This document shows, in pieces, positions 1-10,365 of a stretch of DNA of 64,000 bases (position 1 is the stretch's first letter; each line of letters begins with the position of its first letter). The stretch lies in contig CAXXKJ010000002.1 in assembly GCA_963675295.2 (NCBI GenBank), positions 3,744,001-3,808,000 on the forward strand, written 5' to 3'. Source of the stretch: a bacterium. Lineage in GTDB: Bacteria; Electryoneota; Electryoneia; Electryoneales; Electryoneaceae. Position numbers and translations under genes: made by a program. The notes below the pieces were generated by a model. That model saw only the letters and a list, made by a program, of their open reading frames with translations, did no database searches and was not told the DNA's origin.

Positions 1-85
1 GAAGTAGCACCGGCGAACTGCTGAGCGGAAACACCGAAGGTTGGGTTGTCTCGATTCGGGGTTCGTCAAGAGATGGAGTAAGAGT

Positions 86-2845
86 TTGGCAGCAAACGTA
101 AAAAAGCGCAAACTGTTTCAGGTCGCCAAGGAGTTGAAGCTCGCCACAGGCACGCTGATTGAGGTGCTTGAGGAAAACGGGATCGAGGTGACGAAGAAGC
201 AGATGACGCCTGTCGATGAGGACATGTACAGGCTTCTTCTGCAACGCTTCGCTCCGGAACGTTGGGCTGAGCTGAAAGACGAGGCGGCACGTGAGGAAGC
301 TCTCCGGAGTTCCGAAGCGGCCCAGCAGGCGCGTGAAGAAGAACTGCGGAAGATCCTCGAAACGGATGCTCCCAAGCCCGCCAAACCCGCTCCATCGGTT
401 CGGAAGCACGATCCAACAGCCGTTCCCAAGGAACAGCCGGTTGCGGAGGCGCCTGAAGAGGCCGAACAGTCCGAACCCGAAGCGGATGCTGTCGCGCAGG
501 ACGTTGAGGCCGAAGCTCCGGCGGCTGAGGAGCCGAAGGCCCCGGCGAAGCCGAAGCGCCGCACCACGTCTGTACGTGGCGAAGCCCGCGATCTTCCCGT
601 TGAGGAAAAAGCGGCGGAGCCGGCTTCTGACAAAGCCCCGGTAATGCCGAAACGCCGAACCACGTCCGTACGTGGCGGTGTCAGCAACGAAGATATTCTC
701 CCGTTGTCCACGGCCTCGGTGACTCCGCAGGTCGATGACGTCAAGCTCCGTCCTGCTCCAGCGCGCGACAAGCCGCCGAAAATGGAGGAGGATGAGGACG
801 AGCAGAAGGCACGCCGCAAGCGTCGCCGCAAGCCGCCGAAAGATGCCGGCAGCACTACCGAAACCCGCAAGCCGGGTGGTGGTGCGGTAGGCACGGGGGA
901 CGCGCCGACACGGAAACGCCGTCGCCGCAAGGACAAGAAGAAGAAGCCGGATGCGACGGAAGTCGCGGCGCAAGTCAAGCAGACGCTTGCCGCGATGGAA
1001 ACTGGCACCGCGAAGAAGAAGCGCAAGCGTAAGGTTCGGCCCGAAATCGGCGTTGTCGATGAGGATCAGAACCTGCTCAAGATCACCGAGTTCATCTCGA
1101 CGACCGATCTCGCGAACCTGATGGATGTTCAGGTCACCGACCTCATCAAGGAATGCTTGATGCTCGGTTTGCGTGTCACCATCAATCAGCGTCTCGAGAA
1201 AGACACGATCCAGTTGCTCGCGGAAGAGCATGACTACCGTGTCGAGTTTGTCGATGACCTCGAGCATCAGGAAATGATCGCCGAGTCCGAGGAAGTTGAA
1301 GAGGAAACGGGCGAGCAGGAACCGCGTCCGCCGGTGGTTACGGTGATGGGTCACGTTGACCACGGCAAGACGACGCTGCTCGACTACATCCGTCACACGA
1401 AGGTGGCGGAAGGCGAGGCCGGTGGTATCACGCAGCACATCGGTGCGTACGAGATTGAGCACAACGATCAACGGATCACGTTCCTTGACACTCCGGGTCA
1501 CGAGGCCTTTACGGCGATGCGTGCCCGCGGTGCACAGGTGACGGATATTGTCGTTCTCGTCGTCGCGGCCGACGACCAGGTCATGCCGCAGACGATTGAA
1601 GCGATCGACCACGCCAAGGCGGCGGAAGTGCCGATGGTGGTGGCGATCAACAAGATGGACAAGCCCGGCGCGAATTCGGAGAAGGTTCGCCAGCAGTTGG
1701 CCGATCACGGTGTGCTGGTCGAATCCTGGGGTGGTGAGGTGCAGGCTTCGGAAGTGTCCGCGAAGAAGGGCACGAACATTGAAGACCTGCTCGACAACAT
1801 CCTGATCGCGGCGGAAATGCTGGAGCTGCAGGCGGTGCGTGACACCACCGCGCGCGGCTACGTGATTGAATCCCGGATGGAGAAGGGTCGCGGTACCGTG
1901 TGTACCGTATTGATCCAGCGGGGTACGCTGAAGGTTGGACAGGTGTTTGTCGCCGGTCCGTACTTCGGCCGTGTGCGTGCGATGTACGACGAGCTTGGCC
2001 GCAAGCGCGACGAAGTGCTTCCTGGCCAGCCGGTGCAGATCACCGGTTTCGAGCATGCGCCGCACGTCGGTGACCAGCTGATCGTGTTCAAGGATGAACG
2101 CGAGGCGCGTGAAATCGCAACCAAGCGCCAGCAGCAATTGCGCGAGCAGGAAATGCGCATGCGTGAGGGCAGCGGTCGCAGCAGCCTGCTGCAGTTCGTC
2201 GAAGGCCAGGAAAAGGCGGAGCTCAACCTCATCATCAAGGGCGACGTGGACGGGTCGGTGGAAGCCATCGCCGACAGCCTGATGCGTCTCTCCACCGAAG
2301 AGGTCGAAGTCAAGATCCGTCACCGTGGTGTCGGTCCGATGACCGAATCCGACATCCTGCTGGCCAGCGCGTCCAACGCGATGATCATCGGCTTCAACGT
2401 CCACCCCACCGCCAAGGCGCGTGAGATGGCGACGATACATGAAGTCCCGACGGAAACGTACCGCATCATCTACGAGCTGATCGAAGATGTGAAGAACATC
2501 ATCATCGGCATGCACAAGGTGGAAGTAGCGGAAGAAGTGACGGGTTATGTCGAAGTGCGTGACCTGTTCAAGATTTCGCGGATCGGTACGATTGCCGGTT
2601 GTTACGTCACCGAAGGCAAGATTGAACGCACGAACCGTGTCCGCCTGCTGCGTGACGAAACCGAAGTGTATGACGGAACCATTGAAACGCTGAAGCGGTT
2701 CAAGGACGATGCCAAGGAAGTCGCGCAGGGCTTCGAATGCGGCATCAAGATTGCCAACTACAACGATGTCAAGGTTGGCGACGTGATGCAGTTCTACAAG
2801 ATGGTCGAAGTGGAACGCGAGATCGAAGTCGGTACGGGTGACTGA
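86..2845 (+). CDS. infB: Translation initiation factor IF-2
   Basis: G-domain motifs [17 protein letters not shown] and NKMD; C-terminal IF-2 domains. Start moved to TTG at 86, downstream of GGAG. Confidence 0.97.
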   Translation: MAANVKKRKLFQVAKELKLATGTLIEVLEENGIEVTKKQMTPVDEDMYRLLLQRFAPERWAELKDEAAREEALRSSEAAQQAREEELRKILETDAPKPAKPAPSVRKHDPTAVPKEQPVAEAPEEAEQSEPEADAVAQDVEAEAPAAEEPKAPAKPKRRTTSVRGEARDLPVEEKAAEPASDKAPVMPKRRTTSVRGGVSNEDILPLSTASVTPQVDDVKLRPAPARDKPPKMEEDEDEQKARRKRRRKPPKDAGSTTETRKPGGGAVGTGDAPTRKRRRRKDKKKKPDATEVAAQVKQTLAAMETGTAKKKRKRKVRPEIGVVDEDQNLLKITEFISTTDLANLMDVQVTDLIKECLMLGLRVTINQRLEKDTIQLLAEEHDYRVEFVDDLEHQEMIAESEEVEEETGEQEPRPPVVTVMGHVDHGKTTLLDYIRHTKVAEGEAGGITQHIGAYEIEHNDQRITFLDTPGHEAFTAMRARGAQVTDIVVLVVAADDQVMPQTIEAIDHAKAAEVPMVVAINKMDKPGANSEKVRQQLADHGVLVESWGGEVQASEVSAKKGTNIEDLLDNILIAAEMLELQAVRDTTARGYVIESRMEKGRGTVCTVLIQRGTLKVGQVFVAGPYFGRVRAMYDELGRKRDEVLPGQPVQITGFEHAPHVGDQLIVFKDEREAREIATKRQQQLREQEMRMREGSGRSSLLQFVEGQEKAELNLIIKGDVDGSVEAIADSLMRLSTEEVEVKIRHRGVGPMTESDILLASASNAMIIGFNVHPTAKAREMATIHEVPTETYRIIYELIEDVKNIIIGMHKVEVAEEVTGYVEVRDLFKISRIGTIAGCYVTEGKIERTNRVRLLRDETEVYDGTIETLKRFKDDAKEVAQGFECGIKIANYNDVKVGDVMQFYKMVEVEREIEVGTGD

Positions 2846-2849
2846 TAGA

Positions 2850-2946
2850 CGGGCTGCGGACTGCGGGCTACGGACTGCGGTCGCAACGTGAGTCTGGTTG
2901 TCTGTGGTGGTTTTACTGACCACTGATCACTGACAACTGAAAACTG
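2850..2946. repeat. Two 7-nt periodic arrays: CGGRCTR x4 and ACTGAnn x4
   Basis: cgggctg cggactg cgggcta cggactg (2850-2877); actgacc actgatc actgaca actgaaa actg (2915-2946). Confidence 0.85.
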
Positions 2947-2950
2947 TCTT

Positions 2951-3235
2951 ATGGCTTCAATCGGTCTGTTGGAAGTTGAATTCCTGTTGCCGGTGGCGCA
3001 GTCGTTGAAGGACAAGCGGCGCGTGCTGCGATCCTTGAAGGATCAGGTAACAGGCAAGATGAACGTATCGGTGGCCGAAGTCGGCTACCAGGACAAGCCG
3101 GGGCGTTGCCACCTCGCCGTGATTACGGTTGCGGCGGAACGGTCGGTGGCGGAGAAGCGGTTGCGGGACGTAGAGGATCGTATTGACGCTCATCCGGAAA
3201 CGACGGTAATTGACCGTCAGGTGCAGTGGTTATGA
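2951..3235 (+). CDS. DUF503 (YlxP-like) protein
   Basis: SLKDKRRVLRSLKD...NVSVAEV motif; usual position between infB and rbfA. Confidence 0.9.
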   Translation: MASIGLLEVEFLLPVAQSLKDKRRVLRSLKDQVTGKMNVSVAEVGYQDKPGRCHLAVITVAAERSVAEKRLRDVEDRIDAHPETTVIDRQVQWL

Positions 3236-3621
3236 AATTTCCGAAGAGCAAACGTGCCCGCAGAGTCGGTGTCGAAATTCAGAAGATTGCCGCCGACAGT
3301 TTGCGTGACCTGATGCAGATGTTGTTTCCCGGTGTGATCGTATCGGTGCCGGAAGTCCGGGTCAGCGATGACTTGGGAACGGCTGAGATCTATGTTTCAG
3401 TGCACGGCACGGACGATCCACACCCGGTGCATCGTGAGATTTTGAAGTACCAGAAGCAGGTGCGGAGTAAGGCAGCTTCCGCCCTGCATATTCGAAAGCT
3501 GCCTGAGTTTCGCTTTGTCTGGGACGACACCATGGAGCGTGCTGACCGGATCGAGCAGTTGTTGAACCAACTGAACGACCCTTCACCTCCTCATCCCGAG
3601 GATCCTAGTGCCGCTGAGTGA
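3232..3621 (+). CDS. rbfA: 30S ribosome-binding factor A
   Basis: RARRV...EVRVSDDL..A.IYVS and IRKLPEFRFVWDDTMERADRIEQLL motifs; synteny. Confidence 0.93.
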   Translation: MKFPKSKRARRVGVEIQKIAADSLRDLMQMLFPGVIVSVPEVRVSDDLGTAEIYVSVHGTDDPHPVHREILKYQKQVRSKAASALHIRKLPEFRFVWDDTMERADRIEQLLNQLNDPSPPHPEDPSAAE

Positions 3622-4591
3622 CGTAGTACAGGCGTTGAACACGCATCAGCGGTTCCTCGTGACGACTCATCAGAATCCGGACGGCGACGCGGTGGGCTCT
3701 CTGTTGGCCATGGCTCACCTGTTGCGTGCCGAGCTGGAGAAGTATGTCGTCGCCGTGCTCCCCGACCCGTTGACCAAACGATACCAGTTCCTGCCCGGCC
3801 TGGACACGCTTGTAGCTCCGGCCGAAGCGGCGGACATGGGACCGTATGACGCGATCATCACCGTGGACGTGAGTACGCCCACCCGTATTGGGAAGGTGTA
3901 CGAGCTGATCACGGAGTCGATGACGCGGATCAATGTCGACCATCACGTGACGAATCCCCGCTCGGACGATGTCGTCTGGGTCGAACCGGAAGCGTCCGCG
4001 ACCTGCGAAATGATGGTTGACCTGTACGAAGAGATGAACGTCAAGCCTACACCTGACGTTGCGACGGCGATGTACACCGGAATCATTACCGACACTGGCC
4101 AGTTCGCGTTCAACGGCACCACCGCGAAGGCGATCTGTGCCGCGTCCAAGCTGGTAGAATCGGGCGCGGAGTTCGAACGTGTCGCCCGCGAAGTGTACCA
4201 CAAGACCGACGTTGCGATGGTGCGCACGCTGGGTAACGTGCTGAACCGGATGGAGTTGCACGACGAGGACCGCATTGCGGTGACGTGGATGGAACGCGAA
4301 GAACTGCCTGTCGATCACGAAGGCTTTGTCAATCACCTGCTGGACATTGAGACCGTCGAAGTCGCGGCCTTGCTGCGTCCGTTGGACACCGGGCAGTGGA
4401 AGATTTCCCTGCGTAGCGCCGGTCTGGTTGACGTCACCTTCATCGCGAAGCAGATGGACGGTGGCGGCCATCCGATGGCTGCCGGTGGAACCCTGCCGGC
4501 GACCGATGCCGGCCTGGCAAAACAACGCGTGGTCGATCTGTGTCTGGCTGCGTTGCAGAATGCACGTGAGGCGGGTGCTGCACGTGCCTGA
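3608..4591 (+). CDS. nrnA: DHH/DHHA1 nanoRNase / pAp phosphatase
   Basis: HQNPDGDA, DHH, TDTGQF, SLRS and GGGH motifs. Confidence 0.92.
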   Translation: MPLSDVVQALNTHQRFLVTTHQNPDGDAVGSLLAMAHLLRAELEKYVVAVLPDPLTKRYQFLPGLDTLVAPAEAADMGPYDAIITVDVSTPTRIGKVYELITESMTRINVDHHVTNPRSDDVVWVEPEASATCEMMVDLYEEMNVKPTPDVATAMYTGIITDTGQFAFNGTTAKAICAASKLVESGAEFERVAREVYHKTDVAMVRTLGNVLNRMELHDEDRIAVTWMEREELPVDHEGFVNHLLDIETVEVAALLRPLDTGQWKISLRSAGLVDVTFIAKQMDGGGHPMAAGGTLPATDAGLAKQRVVDLCLAALQNAREAGAARA

Positions 4592-5327
4592 AGCCAGTGA
4601 TCAGCGGAGTGGGATCCTGCCAGTCCCGGACGGGGCCTGGATCCTGATTGACAAACCTACGGGCATGACGTCGTTCGACGTTGTCGCGCGAGTACGCCGT
4701 GTTACCGGAATCAGGAAAACCGGACACGCCGGCACGCTCGACCCGATGGCGACCGGCCTGCTGGTCGTCGGTGTCGGCAAGGCGACCAAGCTGCTCGGCG
4801 AAGGCTTGACCGGTGGCAAGACGTACGAAGCCGTCGCCACGCTCGGGCTGGCATCTCCGACGCATGACCGTGATTCGGACAAGGTGCTGACCGTCAAGAC
4901 GATCGAGTTTTCGCGCGATCAGGTCGAGACGGCACTACAGCAGTTGGCGGCGCGGACCAAGCAGACTCCGCCGCTAATGTCAGCGCTGAAGGTCAAGGGG
5001 CAGAAGTTGCACAAGGTTGCCCGTCGTGGCTGGTGGTTACCGCGTGACCCTCGGCCGGTGGATCTTGAAACATTGACCGTGCTGGACTATGACGCACAAA
5101 CTGCGTCGGTCCGGTTTACCGTATCGGGTGGCGGTGGAACGTATGTCCGCTCGCTCGTGCGGGATCTGGGGATTGAGCTTGGCGTGCCGGCCGCATTGAC
5201 CGAGTTACGGCGTGTGGCCGCCGGTCCCTACAACATTGAGCAGTGCATTCCGCTGGAGAGCCTGGAGCAGCGGTGGGGGGAGTTTACACAGAGTCGTGGG
5301 TTTCCGTCGGACGAATCTACAGGATGA
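4584..5327 (+). CDS. truB: tRNA pseudouridine(55) synthase, short form
   Basis: DKPTGMTSFDVV, GHAGTLDPMATGLL and GTYVRSL motifs. GTG start at 4584 overlaps the nrnA stop. Confidence 0.93.
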   Translation: MPEASDQRSGILPVPDGAWILIDKPTGMTSFDVVARVRRVTGIRKTGHAGTLDPMATGLLVVGVGKATKLLGEGLTGGKTYEAVATLGLASPTHDRDSDKVLTVKTIEFSRDQVETALQQLAARTKQTPPLMSALKVKGQKLHKVARRGWWLPRDPRPVDLETLTVLDYDAQTASVRFTVSGGGGTYVRSLVRDLGIELGVPAALTELRRVAAGPYNIEQCIPLESLEQRWGEFTQSRGFPSDESTG

Positions 5328-6274
5328 CCGCCGCAGAGATGGATGTCTACCGCTACGGGGAAGAACGGATTCCGCATGTCGCTGAAGCGACCGTGACGAT
5401 CGGAACATTTGATGGTGTCCACCTCGGTCACCACCACCTGCTGCAGGAAGTGCTGAACGGGCCGCATCCGACCGTGGTCACGTTCGATCCGCACCCGCGG
5501 CACGTGCTGTCGACCGGACCGAACCGGCTGCAGATTCTGACTCCAACTGAGGAGAAGCTGCGCAAGCTGGCAAAACTGGGCATCGAACGGGCGATCATCA
5601 TCCCGTTCAACAAGGAAATCGCGGGCCTGAGCGCGGAAGCGTTCCTGCGCGAAATCCTGGTGAATACGGTCGGCATGAAACGGCTGGTGGTCGGCTTCAA
5701 TCATTCGTTCGGCCGCAACCGTGAAGGCAATATCGAGTTCATGAAGTCGCGGGCGGATGATTACGGCTACGAACTCCGTGTCATCAGCGCGCATGAAGCG
5801 GATGCACTGGCGGTCTCAAGCACCAGGATCCGCATGTCGTTGGAAACTGGCAAATTGAACGACGCCAACCGTTTCCTCGGCGAATACTACCGTACTCACG
5901 CCCGTGTGATCGAGGGCGAGGGACGTGGGCGTGACCTCGGCTACCCGACGGCGAACCTGGTCTTTATCGACGAAGACCAGTTGCAGCCCGGCGAGGGAGT
6001 CTATGCGGTTCGTTTGGGCACCGATGACGGGGAGTGGTATGACGGCGTCGCCTCCATCGGACGAAAGGAAACGTTTGGCGACCACTACGGCATCACCGTT
6101 GAGGTGCATGTCTTTGATCATCAATTAGACTTGTATGGCCAGGAAATCTGGGTTGAATGGATCGAGTATCTGCGTGGACAGGAAGCGTTCGATTCGGCGG
6201 AAGCGTTGATCAAGCAGATGGATGAGGATTCAATGCGAGCGCGGGAAATTCTTGTAAAAGACAGTAAAAGATAG
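5324..6274 (+). CDS. ribF: Bifunctional riboflavin kinase / FAD synthetase
   Basis: GTFDGVHLGH, SSTRIR, GRDLGYPTAN and EVH motifs. Confidence 0.96.
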   Translation: MTAAEMDVYRYGEERIPHVAEATVTIGTFDGVHLGHHHLLQEVLNGPHPTVVTFDPHPRHVLSTGPNRLQILTPTEEKLRKLAKLGIERAIIIPFNKEIAGLSAEAFLREILVNTVGMKRLVVGFNHSFGRNREGNIEFMKSRADDYGYELRVISAHEADALAVSSTRIRMSLETGKLNDANRFLGEYYRTHARVIEGEGRGRDLGYPTANLVFIDEDQLQPGEGVYAVRLGTDDGEWYDGVASIGRKETFGDHYGITVEVHVFDHQLDLYGQEIWVEWIEYLRGQEAFDSAEALIKQMDEDSMRAREILVKDSKR

Positions 6275-6303
6275 GCAAAGAGAGTAAAAGACAGGAAAAG
6301 ATA
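6254..6303 (+). repeat. Left arm: five 10-nt units
   Basis: gtaaaagaca gtaaaagata ggcaaagaga gtaaaagaca ggaaaagata; contains the ribF stop codon. Confidence 0.9.
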
Positions 6304-6327
6304 AAACAAAAAACATTAGAGTAGATT

Positions 6328-6684
6328 ATGCGTGATCACAAAGAAATAAAAGCTTGGCAACTATCGGACGACTATATCATAAAAGTATATTCTATTACAA
6401 AACAGTTTCCACCTGATGAAAGATATGGCTTGGTATCGCAGATGCGTAGGTCTGCTATGTCTATCCCGACAAATATTGTCGAAGGTTGTGCACGTTCTAC
6501 GAAGCAAGAGTTACTGAGATTTCTGGATATTTCTTATGGATCAGCCAGAGAACTGGAATATCAAGTCAATGTGGCAGGCAGGTTGGGATATCTGCCAGAT
6601 AATTCAAGAGAGAAACTAGAGCATGATATTGAAGAGATCGTACGCGTTTTAAAGGCGTTGATTGCATCGTTACGTCGAAAGTAA
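6328..6684 (+). CDS. Four-helix bundle protein (23S rRNA-IVP / TIGR02436, Avd-like fold)
   Basis: AWQ...FPPDERYGLVSQMRRSAMSIPTNIVEG...RFLDISYGSARELEYQ signature; AT-rich codon use unlike its neighbours. Confidence 0.93.
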   Translation: MRDHKEIKAWQLSDDYIIKVYSITKQFPPDERYGLVSQMRRSAMSIPTNIVEGCARSTKQELLRFLDISYGSARELEYQVNVAGRLGYLPDNSREKLEHDIEEIVRVLKALIASLRRK

Positions 6685-6693
6685 CAGGCAGTG

Positions 6694-6734
6694 CTATCTT
6701 TTACTTTCTTTGCCTGTCTTTTACTTTCTTTTAC
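6694..6734 (-). repeat. Right arm: inverted copy of the 10-nt array
   Basis: Reverse complement matches 6254-6294 at 37/41 positions. Confidence 0.9.
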
Positions 6735-6787
6735 TTTTTCATAGAGAAACAAACGATAGATTGCAGCACAAGTAAGGAGACGGAAAA

Positions 6788-7057
6788 ATGCCTTTGACCA
6801 AGGACCAGAAGGCAGAGATCATCAAGAAGTACGGCCGTGACGAGAACGACACCGGTCGTGCCGAGGTACAGGTTGCGTTGATGACTGAACGCATTCGTGA
6901 GTTGACGGAACATTTCCGTGATCACAAGAAGGACCATCATAGCCGTCGTGGTTTGTTGATGCTGGTAGGTAAGCGTCAGCGTCTGCTGCGCTACCTCAGG
7001 GAGCAGGACGTCGAACGGTATCGTACGCTGATTAAGGAGTTGGGAATCCGTCGGTAA
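6788..7057 (+). CDS. rpsO: 30S ribosomal protein S15
   Basis: [16 protein letters not shown]...[12 protein letters not shown] motif; AAGGAG Shine-Dalgarno. Confidence 0.98.
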   Translation: MPLTKDQKAEIIKKYGRDENDTGRAEVQVALMTERIRELTEHFRDHKKDHHSRRGLLMLVGKRQRLLRYLREQDVERYRTLIKELGIRR

Positions 7058-7106
7058 ATCTCCGTCACTTAAAAATCAGACGGAAAATCCGGCAACGGAG
7101 GAAGTC

Positions 7107-9299
7107 ATGGTATTTCGCAGAGAGATTGAGCTGGGTGGACGAACCCTCTCAGTCGAAGTAGGCAAAGTCGCCAAGCAGTCGGATGGTGCCGCGTGGGTGC
7201 AGTACGGCGACACCATTGTCCTCGCCGCGGTGAACTCGAAGAAGGAACGGTCGGAAAACACCGATTTCTTCCCGCTCACCGTCGACTACCGCGAGAAGAA
7301 GTATGGTGGCGGCAAGGTGCCGGGTGGGTTCTTCAAGCGTGAAGCCCGTCCGCACGACAAGGAAACATTGATCGCCCGCATGACCGACCGTCCCCTGCGG
7401 CCGCTGTTCGCCAAGGGGTACTATCACGAGACGCAGGTTCTCTTGAACGTGTATTCGCACGACCAGGAGAACGAGGGTGATATCCTCGGTCAGATGGGTG
7501 CCGCGATCGCGTTGCTGATCTCGGACATCCCGTTCCAGACCCCGGTCGCCACCGTGCGTATCGGCCGTCTGGAAGGCGAACTGGTCATCAACCCGACCAT
7601 CCAGCAGAGCGAAGAATGTGACCTGCTGCTGCTCGTCGCTGGCACCGAAGATGCCATCGCGATGGTCGAAGGCGAAGCGAAGGAAGTCAGTGAGGACGCG
7701 TTCCTCGAAGCGATTGATGTCGCGCACAACGAAATCAAGCGCCTGGTCGAGTTCCAGAAGGAATTCGTCAAGGAGCTTGGCAAGCCGGAACGTGAATGGG
7801 AACCGGTTGTCACCACGGAAGAAGTGGCGGCGGCGGTGAAGGAGCTGGTTGGCGACCGTGTCAACGAGCTGATCACGATTGCGGACAAGACTCAGCGCAA
7901 GACGCGTCAGAAGGAAATCAAGGTCGAGATCCGCGAGGCGTTGGCTGAGAAATTCCCGGACCAGGAAAAGCAGATCGGTTGGGCGCTTGAGGATATCGTC
8001 AAGAACGCCATGCGCAGCAAGGTAATTGCTGACAAGAAGCGGATCGACGGCCGTGAGCCGCACGAAATCCGCCCGATCAGCGTCGAAACTGGCACGCTCC
8101 CGCGTGCGCACGGCTCCTCCCTGTTCACTCGTGGGCAGACCCAGGCGCTGGGTTCCTGCACGTTGGGCACCAAGATCGACGAACAGAAGATCGACGGTCT
8201 CGAGGGTGAATACTGGAAGACCTTCATGCTGCATTACAACTTCCCGCCGTTCTCGACGGGTGAAGTGAAGCGCATGATGGGCCCGGGCCGCCGTGAGCTC
8301 GGCCACGGCCACCTCGCGGAATGCGCGCTCAAGGCGACGCTTCCGGACTGGGATGATTTCCCGTACACCATCCGTATCGTCTCGGAAGTGCTCGAGTCGA
8401 ACGGCTCGTCGTCGATGGCGACGGTCTGCGCCGGTTCGCTGGCGTTGATGGACTGCGGCGTTCCGGTCAAGAAGTCGGTCGCGGGCATCGCGATGGGCTT
8501 GATCAAGGAAGGTGATGACTTCGTGGTGTTGAGCGATATCCTCGGTGACGAAGATGCGCTGGGCGACATGGACTTCAAGGTCGCGGGTACCCGTGACGGC
8601 ATCACCGCATTCCAGATGGACATCAAGATCGCCGGCATCTCGAAGGAGATCATGGCGAAGGCGTTGGAGCAGGCTCAGGCCGGCCGGTACCACATCCTCG
8701 ACATCATGGATTCCGTGATGCCGAAGCATCGTGACACCATCTCCAAGTACGCCCCGACGATCATCAACACCTCGATCGATCCGGAATACATCGGCATGAT
8801 CATCGGCCCCGGTGGCAAGATGATCCGTGCACTGCAGACGGATTACGGCGTCAACATCGAGATCGATGACGACGGCACGGTCAGCATCTCCTCCACCTCG
8901 CGCGAGGCGGCGGAAGCGGTTCTTGGCATCATCAAGAACATGACCCGTGAGCCGGAAATCGGTGAGGAGTTTGATGCGAAGGTCGTCAAGATCGTCGACT
9001 TCGGCGCGTTCGTCGAACTGTTCCCGGGCAAGGAAGGTCTTGTCCACGTGTCCGAGCTCGAGTGGAAGCGTGTCGACAAGGTGACCGACGTGCTCAACAT
9101 GGGCGACACCGTGCGTGTGAAGCTGGTCAGCAAGACGCCGGAAGGCAAGCTTGACCTGTCACGCAAGGCCCTCCTGCCGAAGCCGGAAGGTTACGTGGAA
9201 CGCGAAAAGCGTCCCCCGCGTCCGGGTGGCGGCGGTGGCCGTGGTGGCAACCGTGGTGGCGGAGGCAACCGTGGCGGTGGCGGCGGTCGCCGGCGTTAG
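7107..9299 (+). CDS. pnp: Polyribonucleotide nucleotidyltransferase
   Basis: FFPLTVDY, RRELGHG, ESNGSSSMA and GDMDFKVAG motifs; KH and S1 domains; RGG-rich tail. Confidence 0.98.
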   Translation: MVFRREIELGGRTLSVEVGKVAKQSDGAAWVQYGDTIVLAAVNSKKERSENTDFFPLTVDYREKKYGGGKVPGGFFKREARPHDKETLIARMTDRPLRPLFAKGYYHETQVLLNVYSHDQENEGDILGQMGAAIALLISDIPFQTPVATVRIGRLEGELVINPTIQQSEECDLLLLVAGTEDAIAMVEGEAKEVSEDAFLEAIDVAHNEIKRLVEFQKEFVKELGKPEREWEPVVTTEEVAAAVKELVGDRVNELITIADKTQRKTRQKEIKVEIREALAEKFPDQEKQIGWALEDIVKNAMRSKVIADKKRIDGREPHEIRPISVETGTLPRAHGSSLFTRGQTQALGSCTLGTKIDEQKIDGLEGEYWKTFMLHYNFPPFSTGEVKRMMGPGRRELGHGHLAECALKATLPDWDDFPYTIRIVSEVLESNGSSSMATVCAGSLALMDCGVPVKKSVAGIAMGLIKEGDDFVVLSDILGDEDALGDMDFKVAGTRDGITAFQMDIKIAGISKEIMAKALEQAQAGRYHILDIMDSVMPKHRDTISKYAPTIINTSIDPEYIGMIIGPGGKMIRALQTDYGVNIEIDDDGTVSISSTSREAAEAVLGIIKNMTREPEIGEEFDAKVVKIVDFGAFVELFPGKEGLVHVSELEWKRVDKVTDVLNMGDTVRVKLVSKTPEGKLDLSRKALLPKPEGYVEREKRPPRPGGGGGRGGNRGGGGNRGGGGGRRR

Positions 9300-9321
9300 T
9301 CACACCCCAGTTATACCATCG

Positions 9322-9354
9322 AACGGCAGGTGCTCCAGGCTCCTGCCGTTTTTT
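9322..9354 (+). terminator. Intrinsic terminator after pnp
   Basis: aacggcagg...cctgccgtt followed by a T-run. Confidence 0.8.
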
Positions 9355-9449
9355 CATGGTAGAGTTGAACGGAATACACCCCACGTCTTGGTAATGCCTT
9401 GATTCTCAAGCTAGGTTATGATCAGGACTGGATTCTGTGGGGGAATCTC

Positions 9450-10142
9450 ATGCACAGGCACACGTTCACAATCACCTTCCTACTTGTCATGACAGCGTTG
9501 CTTGTTGGTTGCGAGGCGAACAAGCTGATCTGGGACGCCGCCGGGTACAATGATGGCGATCCGCAAATCGCGGTCAGAATCTCGGTTACCGACGACATCG
9601 TCGCCGACACATCGAGCAGCCTGGTTGATGTATGGCCGGCCCTGCACTATCCGCGTCCGTGGGGCGGGAGCCTCGAACCGCAGGCGAATCAACGTGTCTT
9701 CATCAACGGCGAGCCTTACTACACAGACGCCGAGGGCAACGGTGTCGAGGTGTACGATCTCGACCTTCAGCCAGGCGAAACGGTCACCGTGGAGGTCTGG
9801 ACCCATCAACGTGATTTCTCGGTACCATACTCGCCCTTGTATTCAGCTCCTACAGAGCGCGAGGTGACAGCCGGTGATACCCTCCACTTCGCCTGGTTGC
9901 AGGCACCTCGTGGCTTGACCCAATATCTGAAGCTGAGCACTCCCGGAATAGCCACCCATTACAACAGCAACATCGACAGCAGCGACGCGACTTTCGTGAA
10001 CTTCATCGTCCCGGCTGATGTGGACTCGTTCAACCTTCGCTATGGAGTTTACAGCCAGGAAAACGATCCGGACCGTGAGAACTGGGACGTCATCACCCTC
10101 GGTTACTACGTAGTCGGAACCTATCATGTGAAACTGCCCTGA
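9450..10142 (+). CDS. Putative lipoprotein, beta-rich (paralog family A)
   Basis: Signal peptide with LLVGC lipobox; ATG at 9450. Confidence 0.75.
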   Translation: MHRHTFTITFLLVMTALLVGCEANKLIWDAAGYNDGDPQIAVRISVTDDIVADTSSSLVDVWPALHYPRPWGGSLEPQANQRVFINGEPYYTDAEGNGVEVYDLDLQPGETVTVEVWTHQRDFSVPYSPLYSAPTEREVTAGDTLHFAWLQAPRGLTQYLKLSTPGIATHYNSNIDSSDATFVNFIVPADVDSFNLRYGVYSQENDPDRENWDVITLGYYVVGTYHVKLP

Positions 10143-10365
10143 TCTGGAAACGGCGGCCCAACTTTGACAAAACCAACACCGGACAGGCTGGAAATGTTCC
10201 TGGCAGGTGTTTTGTCGATTTCTCCAGTTTGCCAAAGTCGGCGAGCCATGTCTGACTTTTTGTGTGCCTGAACACGTAGATTTGTATTCCCATCCGGGTT
10301 GGGGTATCATTCGGCTGTTGGGCAAACAGCCTGGGGTGTCAGTAAAACGAGTGGAGTGTTGGGAG

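Noticed and set aside
1-24. 3' end of an upstream gene (nusA expected by synteny)
   Set aside because: Only about 7 codons are visible, so it cannot be identified.
4584-5327. truB pseudogene (short, some motif divergence)
   Set aside because: The catalytic Asp motif is intact, the frame is open and it is translationally coupled at both ends; short TruB lacking the PUA domain is known.
6328-6684. Diversity-generating retroelement (Avd-like protein)
   Set aside because: No reverse transcriptase and no template/variable repeat pair with adenine-specific mismatches in the window. The 60635/62969 similarity looks like ordinary paralog divergence.
7149-9047. Long antisense ORF (also 44004-46070, 53360-54928, 62933-63952)
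   Set aside because: Shadows of strongly codon-biased sense genes in GC-rich DNA, with no recognisable motifs.
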